A DNA stretch of 62,995 nt from assembly GCA_027451365.1 (NCBI GenBank), contig DAIDJN010000030.1, forward strand, positions 1 through 62,995, given 5' to 3'. The notes beneath the pieces are model-generated. The model saw only the letters and a list, made by a program, of their open reading frames with translations. It ran no database searches and was not told where the DNA came from. Both the position numbers and the translations under genes were made by a program. Origin of the DNA: Phycisphaerales bacterium (lineage in GTDB: Bacteria; Planctomycetota; Phycisphaerae; WQYP01). Shown here piece after piece: positions 19,657 to 30,250 of this stretch (position 1 is the first letter of the stretch; every line of letters begins with the position of its first letter).

Positions 19657-20041
19657 TGGCCGATTCGCCGCCGCGGGCATGGGCCGTGAACCACCTATCC
19701 CGTTTGCGGGTAAATGCAATTTGTGCGCTGTCATAACCAGCCGTTAGGGTTGGGAATCTTGACGTTTCCAGGTGTGTCCATCGCGAGGCAGTCTTCCTGA
19801 AATTTTGCTCTGACAAATTCGTTGCATGCCAATCATTCGGCAGGTGGTGTATCCGCAATTGTTGGCGGTTAAGAACCCGTCTAACTTGCTGGACTGAATC
19901 AACGGTATTAATTCATGGGTTTAAACCGCGGGCCAATCCGCTATAATCCTGTACGGGTCCGGCTGGGCGGGTTGCGGGCCTGGTTGGCGCTTGGGCCGCG
20001 TTGTTTTTGATAGGCTGCATACATTTGATGGGCCGAAAAAT

Positions 20042-20962
20042 ATGATTCATTCAGAAAAATCGTCGGTTTCTCTGCCGATCATGGACAGTGGCAAGCCAGA
20101 CTTCATGGCACCTGGACGCAAGCCGGCGTGGTTGCGGGTAAAGCTGCCGGCGGGTCCGGGCTACAGCCGCCTGCGCGGCGTCATTGATACAAACCGTCTA
20201 CACACGGTCTGTGAATCGGCCAAATGCCCGAACATGGGGGAGTGCTGGTCGCGCGGGACGGCCACAATCATGATACTGGGTGATGTCTGCACGCGAAGTT
20301 GTGGCTTCTGTCATATTAAAACAGGGCGGCCGCCGGCACTGGACCTTGAAGAACCGAAGCGCGTGGCCGCCGCCGCCGCGGTTATGAAACTGCGGCATAT
20401 CGTCATGACATCGGTGAATCGGGATGAATTAAAGGATGGCGGCGCGGGGGTATGGGCGGCGACGATTAGGGAAGTGCGAGCCGCATCTCCTGGAACCACC
20501 ATTGAAGTTCTGATTCCCGATTTCTGTGGCCACTGGAACGATCTGCAAACGGTGCTTGCGGCGCGACCAGACATTCTAAACCACAATATTGAAACCGTGC
20601 CCAGCCAGTATTTTCGCGTGCGGCCGCAGGCAAAATATCCACGTTCGCTGGAACTGCTTAGGCGCGCCAAGGAGCAGGGCTTTTTAACCAAAACCGGACT
20701 GATGCTGGGCATCGGTGAAACAGATGAGGAACTGATTCAAACTTTGGGCGATATTCGTGCCCAGAACGTGGATATTCTGACCCTCGGTCAGTATTTGCAG
20801 CCGACACGGGAACACCTTCCGATTGATCGGTGGATTTCCCCTGAGCAGTTTGCCCGATTCAAACAAATTGGTCTGGAAATGGGATTTTCGGTTGTAGAAT
20901 CCGGTCCGCTGGTTCGATCCAGTTATCATGCGGATGAACAGGCCGCGGTGGTTACCGGATAG
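20042..20962 (+). CDS. lipA: Lipoyl synthase
   Basis: KPAWLRV, CESAKCPNMGEC, CTRSCGFC, PLVRSSYHA. Confidence 0.97.
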   Translation: MIHSEKSSVSLPIMDSGKPDFMAPGRKPAWLRVKLPAGPGYSRLRGVIDTNRLHTVCESAKCPNMGECWSRGTATIMILGDVCTRSCGFCHIKTGRPPALDLEEPKRVAAAAAVMKLRHIVMTSVNRDELKDGGAGVWAATIREVRAASPGTTIEVLIPDFCGHWNDLQTVLAARPDILNHNIETVPSQYFRVRPQAKYPRSLELLRRAKEQGFLTKTGLMLGIGETDEELIQTLGDIRAQNVDILTLGQYLQPTREHLPIDRWISPEQFARFKQIGLEMGFSVVESGPLVRSSYHADEQAAVVTG

Positions 20963-21030
20963 CTGAAGAGTTGTCGGCGGGCCGTCAATCGGCTGTGGTT
21001 GGCGTGTAAACGCGGAATTGAATTTACAAA

Positions 21031-21888
21031 TTACCGCCGGGCAGTCAGTACAATCCAGACATGATGAATCTGCTGAACATCCACGCGTGGGGCAATTTTC
21101 AACTTCCATCGCAACGAAGTGCGGCTGGATGGCCGCACACTGTTGACCACGCCAATGACCGCACCGTTAACGGCGGCGGGCCAGTCGGTGTCATTGAGGA
21201 GGAGCAGGTCACCCGGTCGCGGTGGCGAATAGCCCAAGGTTTCATTTGGGTGGCATCGCATCAGTCCGTTGCCGCGGCCGCGCACAAAACACTGCGGGTC
21301 TATGGATATCTGTCCATCGGGCGCGGGGCGCACAATGGCAGCAATTTCCTTCATTCGCGGGTCAGTCAAAAGTCGGACGGTGCAGGTTTCCGGTCCGACG
21401 GAAATAAGTCGGCCGACCAGCGCCTGATGGGCGAGGACGGCATCTCCCACGGCGATTCGCGGGTCGTCGCGGTAGCCCTGGTCAAGGGTGCACGAGTCGA
21501 CCGAACCGGTGGAGAAGCCATCGATATTGGCAATGCGGCGAACCGCAGACGCTAAACCTGGAAAATCTCGCGTGACGAGTTTAGATTCGCGCACGATATT
21601 TTGCAGCAAAGCGATGCGCTGCACCAGCATGGCAATTTCATTTTGATCGCGCTGCTTGACGAAGGTGATTCGGCTGGTAATGTCCGGCTGGGGGTGAAGC
21701 ACGCGGTTCAATGAAACCTGTGCCCATGAAAAAGTCCAGGCCACGGGAACCAAGGCGCTTTTGACCAGTTGTGAAATAAAAACACGCGGCCGGTGAACTA
21801 CCGTTGGCTGTCGCGCGGAAAGTACAATGCAGACAACGGCAGCCAGGTTTAATATCCAGAACCAGCGACGTGGCGACATTCGAATCAT
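21031..21888 (-). CDS. mreC: Rod shape-determining protein MreC (divergent)
   Basis: Downstream of mreB; N-terminal TM, short coiled coil, LDQG, ALVGRLISVG, VRLLTDP, GDLLL. Confidence 0.8.
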   Translation of the reverse strand: MIRMSPRRWFWILNLAAVVCIVLSARQPTVVHRPRVFISQLVKSALVPVAWTFSWAQVSLNRVLHPQPDITSRITFVKQRDQNEIAMLVQRIALLQNIVRESKLVTRDFPGLASAVRRIANIDGFSTGSVDSCTLDQGYRDDPRIAVGDAVLAHQALVGRLISVGPETCTVRLLTDPRMKEIAAIVRPAPDGQISIDPQCFVRGRGNGLMRCHPNETLGYSPPRPGDLLLLNDTDWPAAVNGAVIGVVNSVRPSSRTSLRWKLKIAPRVDVQQIHHVWIVLTARR

Positions 21889-22032
21889 GAAAGGCCCGAA
21901 AACGGCAATGTTGAATTTTTCGTGCTCGCGGGCGGCTCACAATCAGGAGCCCGTAGTGGCCCGGGCAGGCCGGTAAGCGCCGGAGAACAGCATTCGCCGT
22001 CTCCACTTGCGGCGACCCGTAAAGGGCGGATG

Positions 22033-23085
22033 TCAGGAATCATCCAGGTCTGATTCCAGCGCCTCTTTGCAGCTTTCCAAGTTCTCCACCAGCACGCCGG
22101 TGCCGCGGGCCACGCAGGTAAGCGGGTCTTCGGCACGGCGAACAGGCAGGCCCGTGGCCTGATGAATGACCTGATCTACACCGCGCAAAAGGCTGCCGCC
22201 ACCTGCCAGGCAGATACCGGTTTCCACCAGATCTGCGGCAAGTTCCGGTTCAGCTCGGCCAAGAGTCACGGTAATGGCATCAATAATTTTTCCAATTGGC
22301 TCCTGCAGTGCTTCACGGATTTCTTCACTGGTGATGATGCATTTGCGGGGCAAACCACTGATCATATCCCGTCCGCGGACTTCCATGGTGGTTTCCGGCC
22401 CGGTGGGGCCGGCCGAGCCAATTTCAATTTTGATGCGTTCGGCGGAAAGATCGCCGATCATCAGGTTGTAGGTTTTTTTCATGTGGTTCACAATGGCTTC
22501 ATCGAAATTGTCGCCTGCGGTGCGAATGGATTCACTGGCCGCAATATCAGCCATGGAAATAATGGCGACTTCGGTGGTGCCCCCGCCAATATCCACAATC
22601 ATCGAACCGATGGGTTCACCAAACGGCAGACCCGCGCCAATGGCCGCGGCCTTTGGTTCTTCGACCAGATACACACGGCGCGCATTCGCCTGCATGGCGG
22701 AATGAAACACGGCCTGCTTCTCAACTGCGGTTATGCCTGATGGAATCGCAATGAGGACGCGCGGCTTAAGCCATCGCCGCCGGCCATGGACTTTTTGAAT
22801 AAAGTAGGTCAGCATGGCTTCAGTAATTTCAAAATCACTGATGACGCCATCTTTAAGCGGACGAATTGCGGTAATACTGCCGGGCGTTTTCCCAAGCATT
22901 TCTTTGGCGCGAAGCCCCACGGCAGTGCCGTTGTCCAGCACAATATTGGTTCCCTTGCGCACCGCAACTACGGATGGCTCATTAAGAACAATCCCCTGGC
23001 CGCGCACACACACAAGCGTGTTGCATGTTCCCAGGTCAATTCCCATATCCAGGGAGAACCATCCAAGAGCAGAGTCAAAAAACAC
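22033..23085 (-). CDS. mreB: Rod shape-determining protein MreB
   Basis: GIDLGT, LNEPSVVA, RPLKDGVI, VDIGGGTTE, LAGGGSLL. GTG start at 23085 with GGAG upstream. Confidence 0.97.
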   Translation of the reverse strand: MFFDSALGWFSLDMGIDLGTCNTLVCVRGQGIVLNEPSVVAVRKGTNIVLDNGTAVGLRAKEMLGKTPGSITAIRPLKDGVISDFEITEAMLTYFIQKVHGRRRWLKPRVLIAIPSGITAVEKQAVFHSAMQANARRVYLVEEPKAAAIGAGLPFGEPIGSMIVDIGGGTTEVAIISMADIAASESIRTAGDNFDEAIVNHMKKTYNLMIGDLSAERIKIEIGSAGPTGPETTMEVRGRDMISGLPRKCIITSEEIREALQEPIGKIIDAITVTLGRAEPELAADLVETGICLAGGGSLLRGVDQVIHQATGLPVRRAEDPLTCVARGTGVLVENLESCKEALESDLDDS

Positions 23086-23615
23086 GCAATCACGCTCCGT
23101 TTTTTTTACCGGCGTCCGGGCGAAACCTGTCATCCGATGCGGCACCGGATGGCGAATTTCCTGGAAACAACTGGTTCAGTTGGCCGCGTAAACGAATAAA
23201 CAGCCATAGTTATTATCGGAATACGGACTGTTTTTGAATCACATCGGTTCAAAAAAGGCCCATTCCACACTGCGGCTGACCACTGGCCGCACTGATCCGG
23301 TATTGAGGTCACGCGGCCGGTATCATCCGCAGGGGGCACCAGGAATGTATGCTTAGCCGGGTTCGCATTTCGCCTGTTTACCGGCAAAGTGTTCAGTTCC
23401 CATGTGCCTGCTGGCCCTATATTAGGTGGATGGCGAATTTTATCAAGTGGAGCAGGGGTCGGTGGCTAAGTTAATTTTGTGGCGCTGCATTGGTGGAGAG
23501 ACAAACATGCCGCGGCAGAGAGGCGTACCTAAACCGGCTTAAGGCCGCAAACTGCCTTTGGAAACCGGGTCGCAGTCAAAATCAGAAACTGCCGCTAAGC
23601 TGATCAGAAAACAGG

Positions 23616-23759
23616 TCAAAAACCAATCATGGTTCGGTAATTGATCAGCACGTAAATTAGCGCTACCAGTGTGGCAAGCAGGCCAATGAGCGCCAGCGCT
23701 GTATACACATTCGGCTGCGGTCTGACTGAAACACGACCTGGAGGATTGACTCGCGACAT
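23616..23759 (-). CDS. Small single-TM protein (47 aa)
   Basis: GGAG RBS; MSRVNPPGRVSVRPQPNVYTALALIGLLATLVALIYV. Confidence 0.7.
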   Translation of the reverse strand: MSRVNPPGRVSVRPQPNVYTALALIGLLATLVALIYVLINYRTMIGF

Positions 23760-23857
23760 GGTAACTCCCGGAAATTTTTCCAGGCGGAGGAAACCAGCCG
23801 CCCGGCCATCAGCCGCGGCTGGACCGCGGCAACGCATTCAAACAGTTGACTCCGGGT

Positions 23858-24733
23858 TTACGAACCCGGACCGCTCATGACCATTTCATCCACCGCGACT
23901 TTGGCGCCTGGGGCGGTGAGCGTGACCATTCCGATTGATTCAGTCGCATCAGACTGTTGAACGATGACATCTCCGATATATTTCTGCCCGTTGTAAATGG
24001 TCAGTCGCGTACCCTTGGTCACGCCATCTTTGACACCAAGTGTCGTGCTGACATAGGTATGGCCATTAAATTCACGAACGTTTCGCACGGTACCGTTTAC
24101 CAGCACGGAGGTTGGAACGCCCATCATGGCCGTCAGAGAAGCTGACGTTCCCGGGCCTTTGGATGCCATGGCGGTGGACATGGCCTGGCGAATTTTCTTA
24201 GTGAGTGCCGCCACACTTTCCTGAAGCGTCTGAATGGTTTTTTCAGCAGCATCGCGCTGATTGGTCAGTTCGTCGTTGCGGCGGTTAAGCTGCGCGTTTT
24301 CGTTGATGTATTTGAGTTCTGACGGGCGCAGGCGGTTGAGCTGTGCGGTCTGGTCCGCAACCTGCTTGTTAAGGGAATTCACGGTGTTGGTCAGCAGCGT
24401 AACATTCGTGCTGGCCGCGGATTGCGCCGCCTTTAACTGGGCGATCGTGATACCATCATCGGACAGCTTGCCTTGAAGGGCAAGAATCTGGGTTTGAAGC
24501 TGGCGCTTTTCACGATCGGCGACGCGGTTGGCCCGCAGCGCGTTGTGCCGCAGCACCAGGTTGCTGCGTTCGGCGGCGCTAAGGGCCGCCGCGGAGGCGA
24601 CGGCCGTTTTCTGCTGTGCCAGCACCTCGGCCTTATAGCGATCCTGCTTGTAAATGAATTGCACGACCAGCACGGAAAGAACCAATGCCAGCACAAGCTG
24701 CAAAACGACGAAGATTTTGGTGAGTGCGTTCAA
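23858..24733 (-). CDS. Membrane-anchored coiled-coil protein with C-terminal beta domain
   Basis: TTG start after GGAGG; TM (KIFVVLQLVLALVLSVLVV), long heptads, C-terminal LGVKDGVTKGTRLTIY. Confidence 0.8.
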   Translation of the reverse strand: MNALTKIFVVLQLVLALVLSVLVVQFIYKQDRYKAEVLAQQKTAVASAAALSAAERSNLVLRHNALRANRVADREKRQLQTQILALQGKLSDDGITIAQLKAAQSAASTNVTLLTNTVNSLNKQVADQTAQLNRLRPSELKYINENAQLNRRNDELTNQRDAAEKTIQTLQESVAALTKKIRQAMSTAMASKGPGTSASLTAMMGVPTSVLVNGTVRNVREFNGHTYVSTTLGVKDGVTKGTRLTIYNGQKYIGDVIVQQSDATESIGMVTLTAPGAKVAVDEMVMSGPGS

Positions 24734-25086
24734 GGGTGCCTCCCGTTGGAGAACAGATATAATTATGTGCCGTACGCGACACAATACAAAACACGTCAGA
24801 AATATGAGTGACCGGGAAATTTCCCAGTCGCGGTCATGACGGTGGATGGATACAAAGCGCTTCCATTCCCGTAACCACCGCCAGTTTCTCAAACCCCGGA
24901 ATCATTCGGACTGATGCCGAATAATCCCATCCGCTCCGACCCGCATCCGCACCAAGCCGCCGCGCGAACAACGGAATCATAAACCAGCTTGCTGCGATGA
25001 GCAAATGACCGCAAGCTGCCGTTCACGTTCACGCCGGACTTCTGGCCGATGCACGGTCGCGCCCTTACCCATCCCTTAACCTAGAG

Positions 25087-25114
25087 AGTTTAATGCCGCA
25101 ATTCGCGCTGTCAA
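25087..25114 (-). promoter_or_regulatory. Sigma70-like promoter TTGACA-16-TAAACT
   Basis: Read directly on the minus strand, about 350 nt upstream of the 24733 start. Confidence 0.55.
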
Positions 25115-25512
25115 GGATAACGCACAAGTCGGTAGCCGCCGAGCAGAGTTGGCGGCACGATGAAATAAAGATAACCGATGCATTTTAGTACGCCGGCATG
25201 ACCGACCCATAAAGTACGGATTGCGACTAATTTTTCAGTGAACTCTGCGTTTGACCTGTGTGTACCGATGGCGAATCGTACGCGGCGGCCGCGGGTCGCC
25301 GGTGCCTGGCGGGCGGCTATCTGCGATTAGCCCGCGAATTCCGATCTGCATCAGGCGAGATTTTATTCAGCATATTGCCGGACCAGAAGCTGAAGTGGCG
25401 GTCAATCGGCAGCTTCTTTCAAGAACCAACGAAAAAAGTCGCTGATCGGAAGGATAGATTGTGGCATATTCACCGTTTACAATCAGCACATATAAATTCA
25501 TTAAAACGTATA

Positions 25513-25573
25513 TTGAAATTATTTGAAATTATTTAGACTATTTGTTGCAAAATGTTTCAAAATATTTTACAAT
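25513..25573 (+). promoter_or_regulatory. BMC operon promoter TTGCAA-17-TACAAT with upstream tandem repeat (TTGAAATTAT)x2
   Basis: -35 at 25545-25550, -10 at 25568-25573, repeat at 25513-25532, in an AT-rich patch. Confidence 0.65.
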
Positions 25574-25677
25574 GCATACAAGAAATGCCGAATTCAAGAC
25601 CTGAATGGCTGAAATGGGCCAAACGGCAAAAATCGGCGGCCCTGACAAACAGCACAATTGACGAGGCGAATGCGAAT

Positions 25678-26364
25678 ATGACTGCTTTGCAAGGATTGGA
25701 TCGAAACGCGATTGAAAAGCTGGTGCGCGAATCGTTACGCCAGCGGCTGATGGGTGAAGTGCGCGTTAAGCCAGTCAGCCATAACGGAGGTCCGAATCCG
25801 CTTGTGGTCAATGTATCGGCGCGGCACATGCACGTTTCACCCGAGGCCCTGGAAGTGCTGTTTGGCCCGGGTTCCAGCCTTACAAAGCTTAAAGACCTGT
25901 ATCAACAGGGCGAATTTGCCAGTGAACAGACGGTGAATCTGATCGGCCCGCGCAGCCGCATGATTCCCAACGTCCGCATTCTCGGGCCGGTCCGCCCCTA
26001 CACACAAATTGAACTCAGCTACACCGACGGAATTTATATGGGCCTGGATTTGCCGCTGCGCATCAGCGGTGATCATAAGGACACGCCCGGCATGGTGGTG
26101 GTCGGGCCGTATGGCGCGCTGAACATGAAACAAGGCGTTATCCGGGCCATGCGACATGTACATATGAACAAGGATGATATGGCACACTATGGCGTGAAAG
26201 ATGGCGACAATATGAAACTCGCCATTCACGGCCCGTGCGGCATGGTATTTGATAATGTGCGTGTGCGCGAGCATCCAAAGGTGAAGTTGGAAGTGCACAT
26301 TGACACCGATGAGGGCAACGCGTGCGACCTGGAATCCGCCACGCGCATTGAACTGCTTCGCTGA
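25678..26364 (+). CDS. pduL: PduL-type phosphotransacylase of the PVM microcompartment
   Basis: NVSARHMH, VRILGPVR..TQIELS.TD, RHVHM, LEVHIDTDEGNA; N-terminal encapsulation-peptide-like helix. Confidence 0.95.
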   Translation: MTALQGLDRNAIEKLVRESLRQRLMGEVRVKPVSHNGGPNPLVVNVSARHMHVSPEALEVLFGPGSSLTKLKDLYQQGEFASEQTVNLIGPRSRMIPNVRILGPVRPYTQIELSYTDGIYMGLDLPLRISGDHKDTPGMVVVGPYGALNMKQGVIRAMRHVHMNKDDMAHYGVKDGDNMKLAIHGPCGMVFDNVRVREHPKVKLEVHIDTDEGNACDLESATRIELLR

Positions 26365-26421
26365 CGGCGGACCGGGCAGCGGATGGACATTAACCACACT
26401 TTTCTTTTTTCAGGAGTTTTT

Positions 26422-26715
26422 ATGGCTCAGGCACTCGGAATGATTGAAACCAGAGGACTTGTCACGCTGATTGAAGCCAGCGACGCAGCCCTGAAAGCCG
26501 CCAACGTACAGATGGTCGGCTGGGATAAAGTCGGCTCGGGAATGGTCACCACATTTCTGACCGGAGATGTGGGCGCGGTGAAATCCGCAATTGACGCCGC
26601 AGCGGAGGCCGCGGGCAAAATAGGTGAAGTGCTGGCGGTGCATGTCATTGCGCGTCCGCACGAAGATCTGGTGAATGTGCTGCCCAAGCCCAAAGCCGCA
26701 CCGGTAAAAAAATAA
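26422..26715 (+). CDS. BMC-H hexameric shell protein
   Basis: [42 protein letters not shown]. Confidence 0.96.
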   Translation: MAQALGMIETRGLVTLIEASDAALKAANVQMVGWDKVGSGMVTTFLTGDVGAVKSAIDAAAEAAGKIGEVLAVHVIARPHEDLVNVLPKPKAAPVKK

Positions 26716-26824
26716 ATGGATAACGCGGGCCAGAGGGCCTGGCGACCGGTGGATTCGCGGAATCGGCCGGCCTACGGAATAAAACAACAGCCGGTATTTT
26801 CCGGCATAACGAAGGAATGACATT

Positions 26825-27088
26825 ATGTCTCAGGCACTTGGATTAATTGAAACAAAAGGCCAGACTGGCATTATCGAAGCCACCGACGCGATGCTCAAGG
26901 CCGCGAACGTGACGCTGGTCAAAAGTATTCAGATCGGCGGAGCCTATGTCACCGTGATCGTCCGCGGAGATGTTGGCTCTGTAAAGGCTGCGGTGGAAGC
27001 GGGTGCGGCCGCCGCGCAGCGTGTCGGCGAACTCGTGGCATCGCATGTGATTGCGCGGCCGAATGAAGGCCTGATTGAAAACTTCTGA
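26825..27088 (+). CDS. BMC-H hexameric shell protein
   Basis: [34 protein letters not shown]. Confidence 0.96.
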   Translation: MSQALGLIETKGQTGIIEATDAMLKAANVTLVKSIQIGGAYVTVIVRGDVGSVKAAVEAGAAAAQRVGELVASHVIARPNEGLIENF

Positions 27089-27173
27089 ACCCTCACCATG
27101 ATATCGCGGCAAGAGCCTTTCCGGGGCCACGGGTTCCGGAGTCTTAAAGCGCTGCTCTATTCAGGAATGCGGC

Positions 27174-28355
27174 ATGATTGTTCTGGTTGCCAACTTAGGC
27201 TCCACCAGTTTTAAATACAAGCTCTTTAACATGGCTGATGGTGAAGCCGTGCTGGCGGAAGGTTCAGCCGACCGCATCGGGCTTGCCTCCAGTACCTGGA
27301 CCTTTTCCCCGGCTGGCGGGGAAAAAGCGACCGGCACAGCGGTTCTGGCGGACCATGGCGAGGCGGTGGAACTGCAGCTTGAAAAGCTGGTGGCCGCGGG
27401 TGTGATTCCTTCCATTGAATCGGTGCAGGCGATCGGCTTTAAGGCAGTGCATGGCGGACCGCTGGAAGTTGTTCCGGTGGACGAAAAAGTTCTGGCGGTC
27501 ATGCAGGAATTTGCGGATGTTGCGCCGGCGCATAACCCGCCATATATCGCGGCCATGCGCAGTTTTGCCCGGCGACTGCCGCGAACGCCTCAGGTGGCGG
27601 CGTTTGAAACGGCGTTTCATCAGACCATTCCCGCCCATCGCCAGACTTATGCGATTCCATATGAATGGACGCACAAGCTGGGCATTCGGCGTTATGGCTT
27701 TCACGGGGCATCACATCGATATATTTCGGTTCGGATGAAGGAATTGCGACCGGCCGCGGGAAAAATTATTTCGTGCCATCTGGGTGGCAGTTCCAGCATT
27801 TGCGCGATTCAGAATGGCCAAAGTGTGGCCAACAGTTTTGGCATGACCGTGCAGACGGGGCTGCCACAGGCATCGCGCAGTGGAGATTTTGACACATTCG
27901 CCCTGCTTAAGCTGCTGGAAAGCGGCCTGACGCTTGAGACCATCTGGAAAAAGCTTGGCAAAGAAGGCGGACTGCTGGGCATGAGCGGAGTCAGCAGTGA
28001 TTGCCGCGAGATAGAAGCGGCGGCCAAAGCGGGCAATGAACAGGCGAAGCTGGCACTGGATGTTCTGGTTGAATCGGTGCGGCAGTATATCGGCGGTTAT
28101 CTGGCGGTGCTGGGCGGTGCGGACGCATTGGTTTTCACGGGTGGCATCGGGCAGCACGCGACGGACCTTCGCCGCCGCATGATTGAGGGATTTGAATTCG
28201 CCGGAATCATATATGGACAAAGCGGTGCAAAAAATGAGCGGGGTGAATTTACCCTGCATGCCCCGGCAAGCCGCACTGAAATTTGGGTATTGCCAACCAA
28301 CGAGGAATTAATTGTCGCCCGGCAAACCGTGGGCGTGCTTGCCGGCCGGGCGTGA
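27174..28355 (+). CDS. ackA: Acetate/propionate-family kinase
   Basis: NLGSTSFK, APAHN, FETAFH, RRYGFHGASH, CHLGGSSS, FTGGIG, PTNEE. Confidence 0.93.
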   Translation: MIVLVANLGSTSFKYKLFNMADGEAVLAEGSADRIGLASSTWTFSPAGGEKATGTAVLADHGEAVELQLEKLVAAGVIPSIESVQAIGFKAVHGGPLEVVPVDEKVLAVMQEFADVAPAHNPPYIAAMRSFARRLPRTPQVAAFETAFHQTIPAHRQTYAIPYEWTHKLGIRRYGFHGASHRYISVRMKELRPAAGKIISCHLGGSSSICAIQNGQSVANSFGMTVQTGLPQASRSGDFDTFALLKLLESGLTLETIWKKLGKEGGLLGMSGVSSDCREIEAAAKAGNEQAKLALDVLVESVRQYIGGYLAVLGGADALVFTGGIGQHATDLRRRMIEGFEFAGIIYGQSGAKNERGEFTLHAPASRTEIWVLPTNEELIVARQTVGVLAGRA

Positions 28356-28389
28356 ACCGGAGTTCGTTTTTCTTTTAAAGGAGCCAGTC

Positions 28390-28653
28390 ATGGCACAACA
28401 GGCAATCGGAGTCATTGAAGCCAAGGGACTTATCGCGGCTGTGGAAGCTGCCGATGCGGCGCTTAAATCCGCCAACGTTCAGTATGTCGGTCAGCAGCGC
28501 GTGGGCAATGGCATGGTCGCGCTAACCTTCACTGGCGATGTGTCGGCGGTGAAGGCCGCGATTGAAGCAGGTTCCGCCGCCGGCGGCAAACTCGGCCAGA
28601 TTGTTTCAACCACGGTCATCGCGCGTCCACATGAAGACACCGCGAAGCTGTAA
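28390..28653 (+). CDS. BMC-H hexameric shell protein (third paralog)
   Basis: AIGVIEAKG..DAALKSANV..GDVSAVKAAI..VIARPH; AGGAG RBS. Confidence 0.93.
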   Translation: MAQQAIGVIEAKGLIAAVEAADAALKSANVQYVGQQRVGNGMVALTFTGDVSAVKAAIEAGSAAGGKLGQIVSTTVIARPHEDTAKL

Positions 28654-28777
28654 ATGGGACACAAGGCGACGCAATAGGGGCTGTCTGATTGATCGCGTGT
28701 GGATCAAATGAACCGCTCCTTGACGGTATATCTGAAAAGTGAAATTTCAGATTTGAAATAAGACGCAGGTGAATGTC

Positions 28778-30178
28778 ATGGATCAAACCGCTTTGGTTGA
28801 ATCAGTGGTGCGCGAGGTACTGCAGCGCCTGGGCAGCGCGGCAAAGGTTGCGGTTTCGGCCGGTCGGCACGGCATATTTAACAGCGTTCCCGACGCGGTG
28901 AACGCGGCAGCCGGTGCGCAGAAAAAGCTGGCGCGGGCCGGCATGGATGTGCGGGACGGCATCTGCAAACTGATCGTCAATATTGCCCGGCAAAACGCCG
29001 ACGCGTGGGGGCGCATTGAACTGGAAGAAACCAGGGTCGGCCGACTGGACCATAAAATAGCCAAACTGCACCTGCTGGCCAAAGTGCCGGGAGTGGAATT
29101 TATCCGCACCGCGGCCCACAGCGGTGACGCGGGCATTACGCTGGATGAAATGGCCCCCTGGGGCGTTCTGGGTGTGGTGACACCGGTGACGCACAGCATT
29201 CCGACCCTAAGTGCCAATGCCATTAACATGATCGCCGCTGGAAATGCACTGGTCTGTAACGCCCATCCTTCCGGTCACCGCTGTGCGGCCATGGCGGTTA
29301 AAACTTATAACGAGCAGATTGCCGCCACGTTCGGCATTGATAATCTGATTTGTGTGATTGACCCGCCGACATTGGAGTCCGCCAATGCGCTTTTTGAACA
29401 TCCGGATATTGCCATGCTGGTTATTACTGGCGGACCGGCCGTAGCGCGTGCGGCCATGGCGCAGAAGAAGCGGGCCGTTGTCGGCGGACCGGGCAACCCG
29501 CCCGTGGTGGTGGATGAAACCGCAGATCTGGACCGTGCTGCCAGCGGCATCATTGCCGGCGGCGGGTTTGACAACAATCTGTTATGCATAGGTGAAAAAG
29601 AAGTATTTGTGGTGGAAAAAGTGTTCGACGCCATGATGCAGGCGATGCGCCGCGCCGGGGCGGTTGAACTTAATGCCGCGCAAATTGACCAGCTCACGAA
29701 AAAGGCGTTTGTGTTCAAGGACAACCATTGGGCTGTGCAGAAGGAACTTGTGGGCAAAGACTGTACGGTTCTGGCGGCGGCTGCGGGAACCACGTGCCCG
29801 GCGGGGACCAGCCTTCTTTTCGGGCGAACGGAGGAATCCAATCCGTTCGTGGCTGAGGAACAGATGATGCCCTTTGTGCCCTTTGTAAAGGTGCGGGATT
29901 TTGACGAAGCGCTGGCCCGCGCTGTGGAAAATGAGCACGGCTTTGGCCATACGGCCATTATTCATTCCAACAATCTGGCCAATATCACACGCATGGGCCG
30001 CGTGATGAACACGACACTGTTCGCGGTAAACGGACCAAGCACGGCCACCTTGGGCATCGGCGGGCAGGGGTATCCAAGTTACACGATTGCCACCCCCACA
30101 GGCGAAGGTGTGACCAGTCCACTGACGTTCACCCGTTTTCGCCGCATGGCCATCAGCGGTTCGCTGCATGTCAGCTGA
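28778..30178 (+). CDS. Acylating aldehyde dehydrogenase (EutE/PduP family)
   Basis: ITGGPAV, GGPGNPP, FDNNLLCIGEKE, EEQMMP, TPTGEG; N-terminal encapsulation peptide. Start is 28769 or 28778. Confidence 0.95.
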   Translation: MDQTALVESVVREVLQRLGSAAKVAVSAGRHGIFNSVPDAVNAAAGAQKKLARAGMDVRDGICKLIVNIARQNADAWGRIELEETRVGRLDHKIAKLHLLAKVPGVEFIRTAAHSGDAGITLDEMAPWGVLGVVTPVTHSIPTLSANAINMIAAGNALVCNAHPSGHRCAAMAVKTYNEQIAATFGIDNLICVIDPPTLESANALFEHPDIAMLVITGGPAVARAAMAQKKRAVVGGPGNPPVVVDETADLDRAASGIIAGGGFDNNLLCIGEKEVFVVEKVFDAMMQAMRRAGAVELNAAQIDQLTKKAFVFKDNHWAVQKELVGKDCTVLAAAAGTTCPAGTSLLFGRTEESNPFVAEEQMMPFVPFVKVRDFDEALARAVENEHGFGHTAIIHSNNLANITRMGRVMNTTLFAVNGPSTATLGIGGQGYPSYTIATPTGEGVTSPLTFTRFRRMAISGSLHVS

Positions 30179-30250
30179 CCGCGGGGAATCAGAGGGAATC
30201 AAAGTGACGCCGCCGCCGGAGAGCCGCTGCGGTAAAACAGGAGTTTCCGG

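Noticed and set aside
25258..25536. 92-aa ORF upstream of the BMC operon as the missing pentamer
   Set aside because: Right length but none of the EutN/CcmL motifs; it runs into the promoter.
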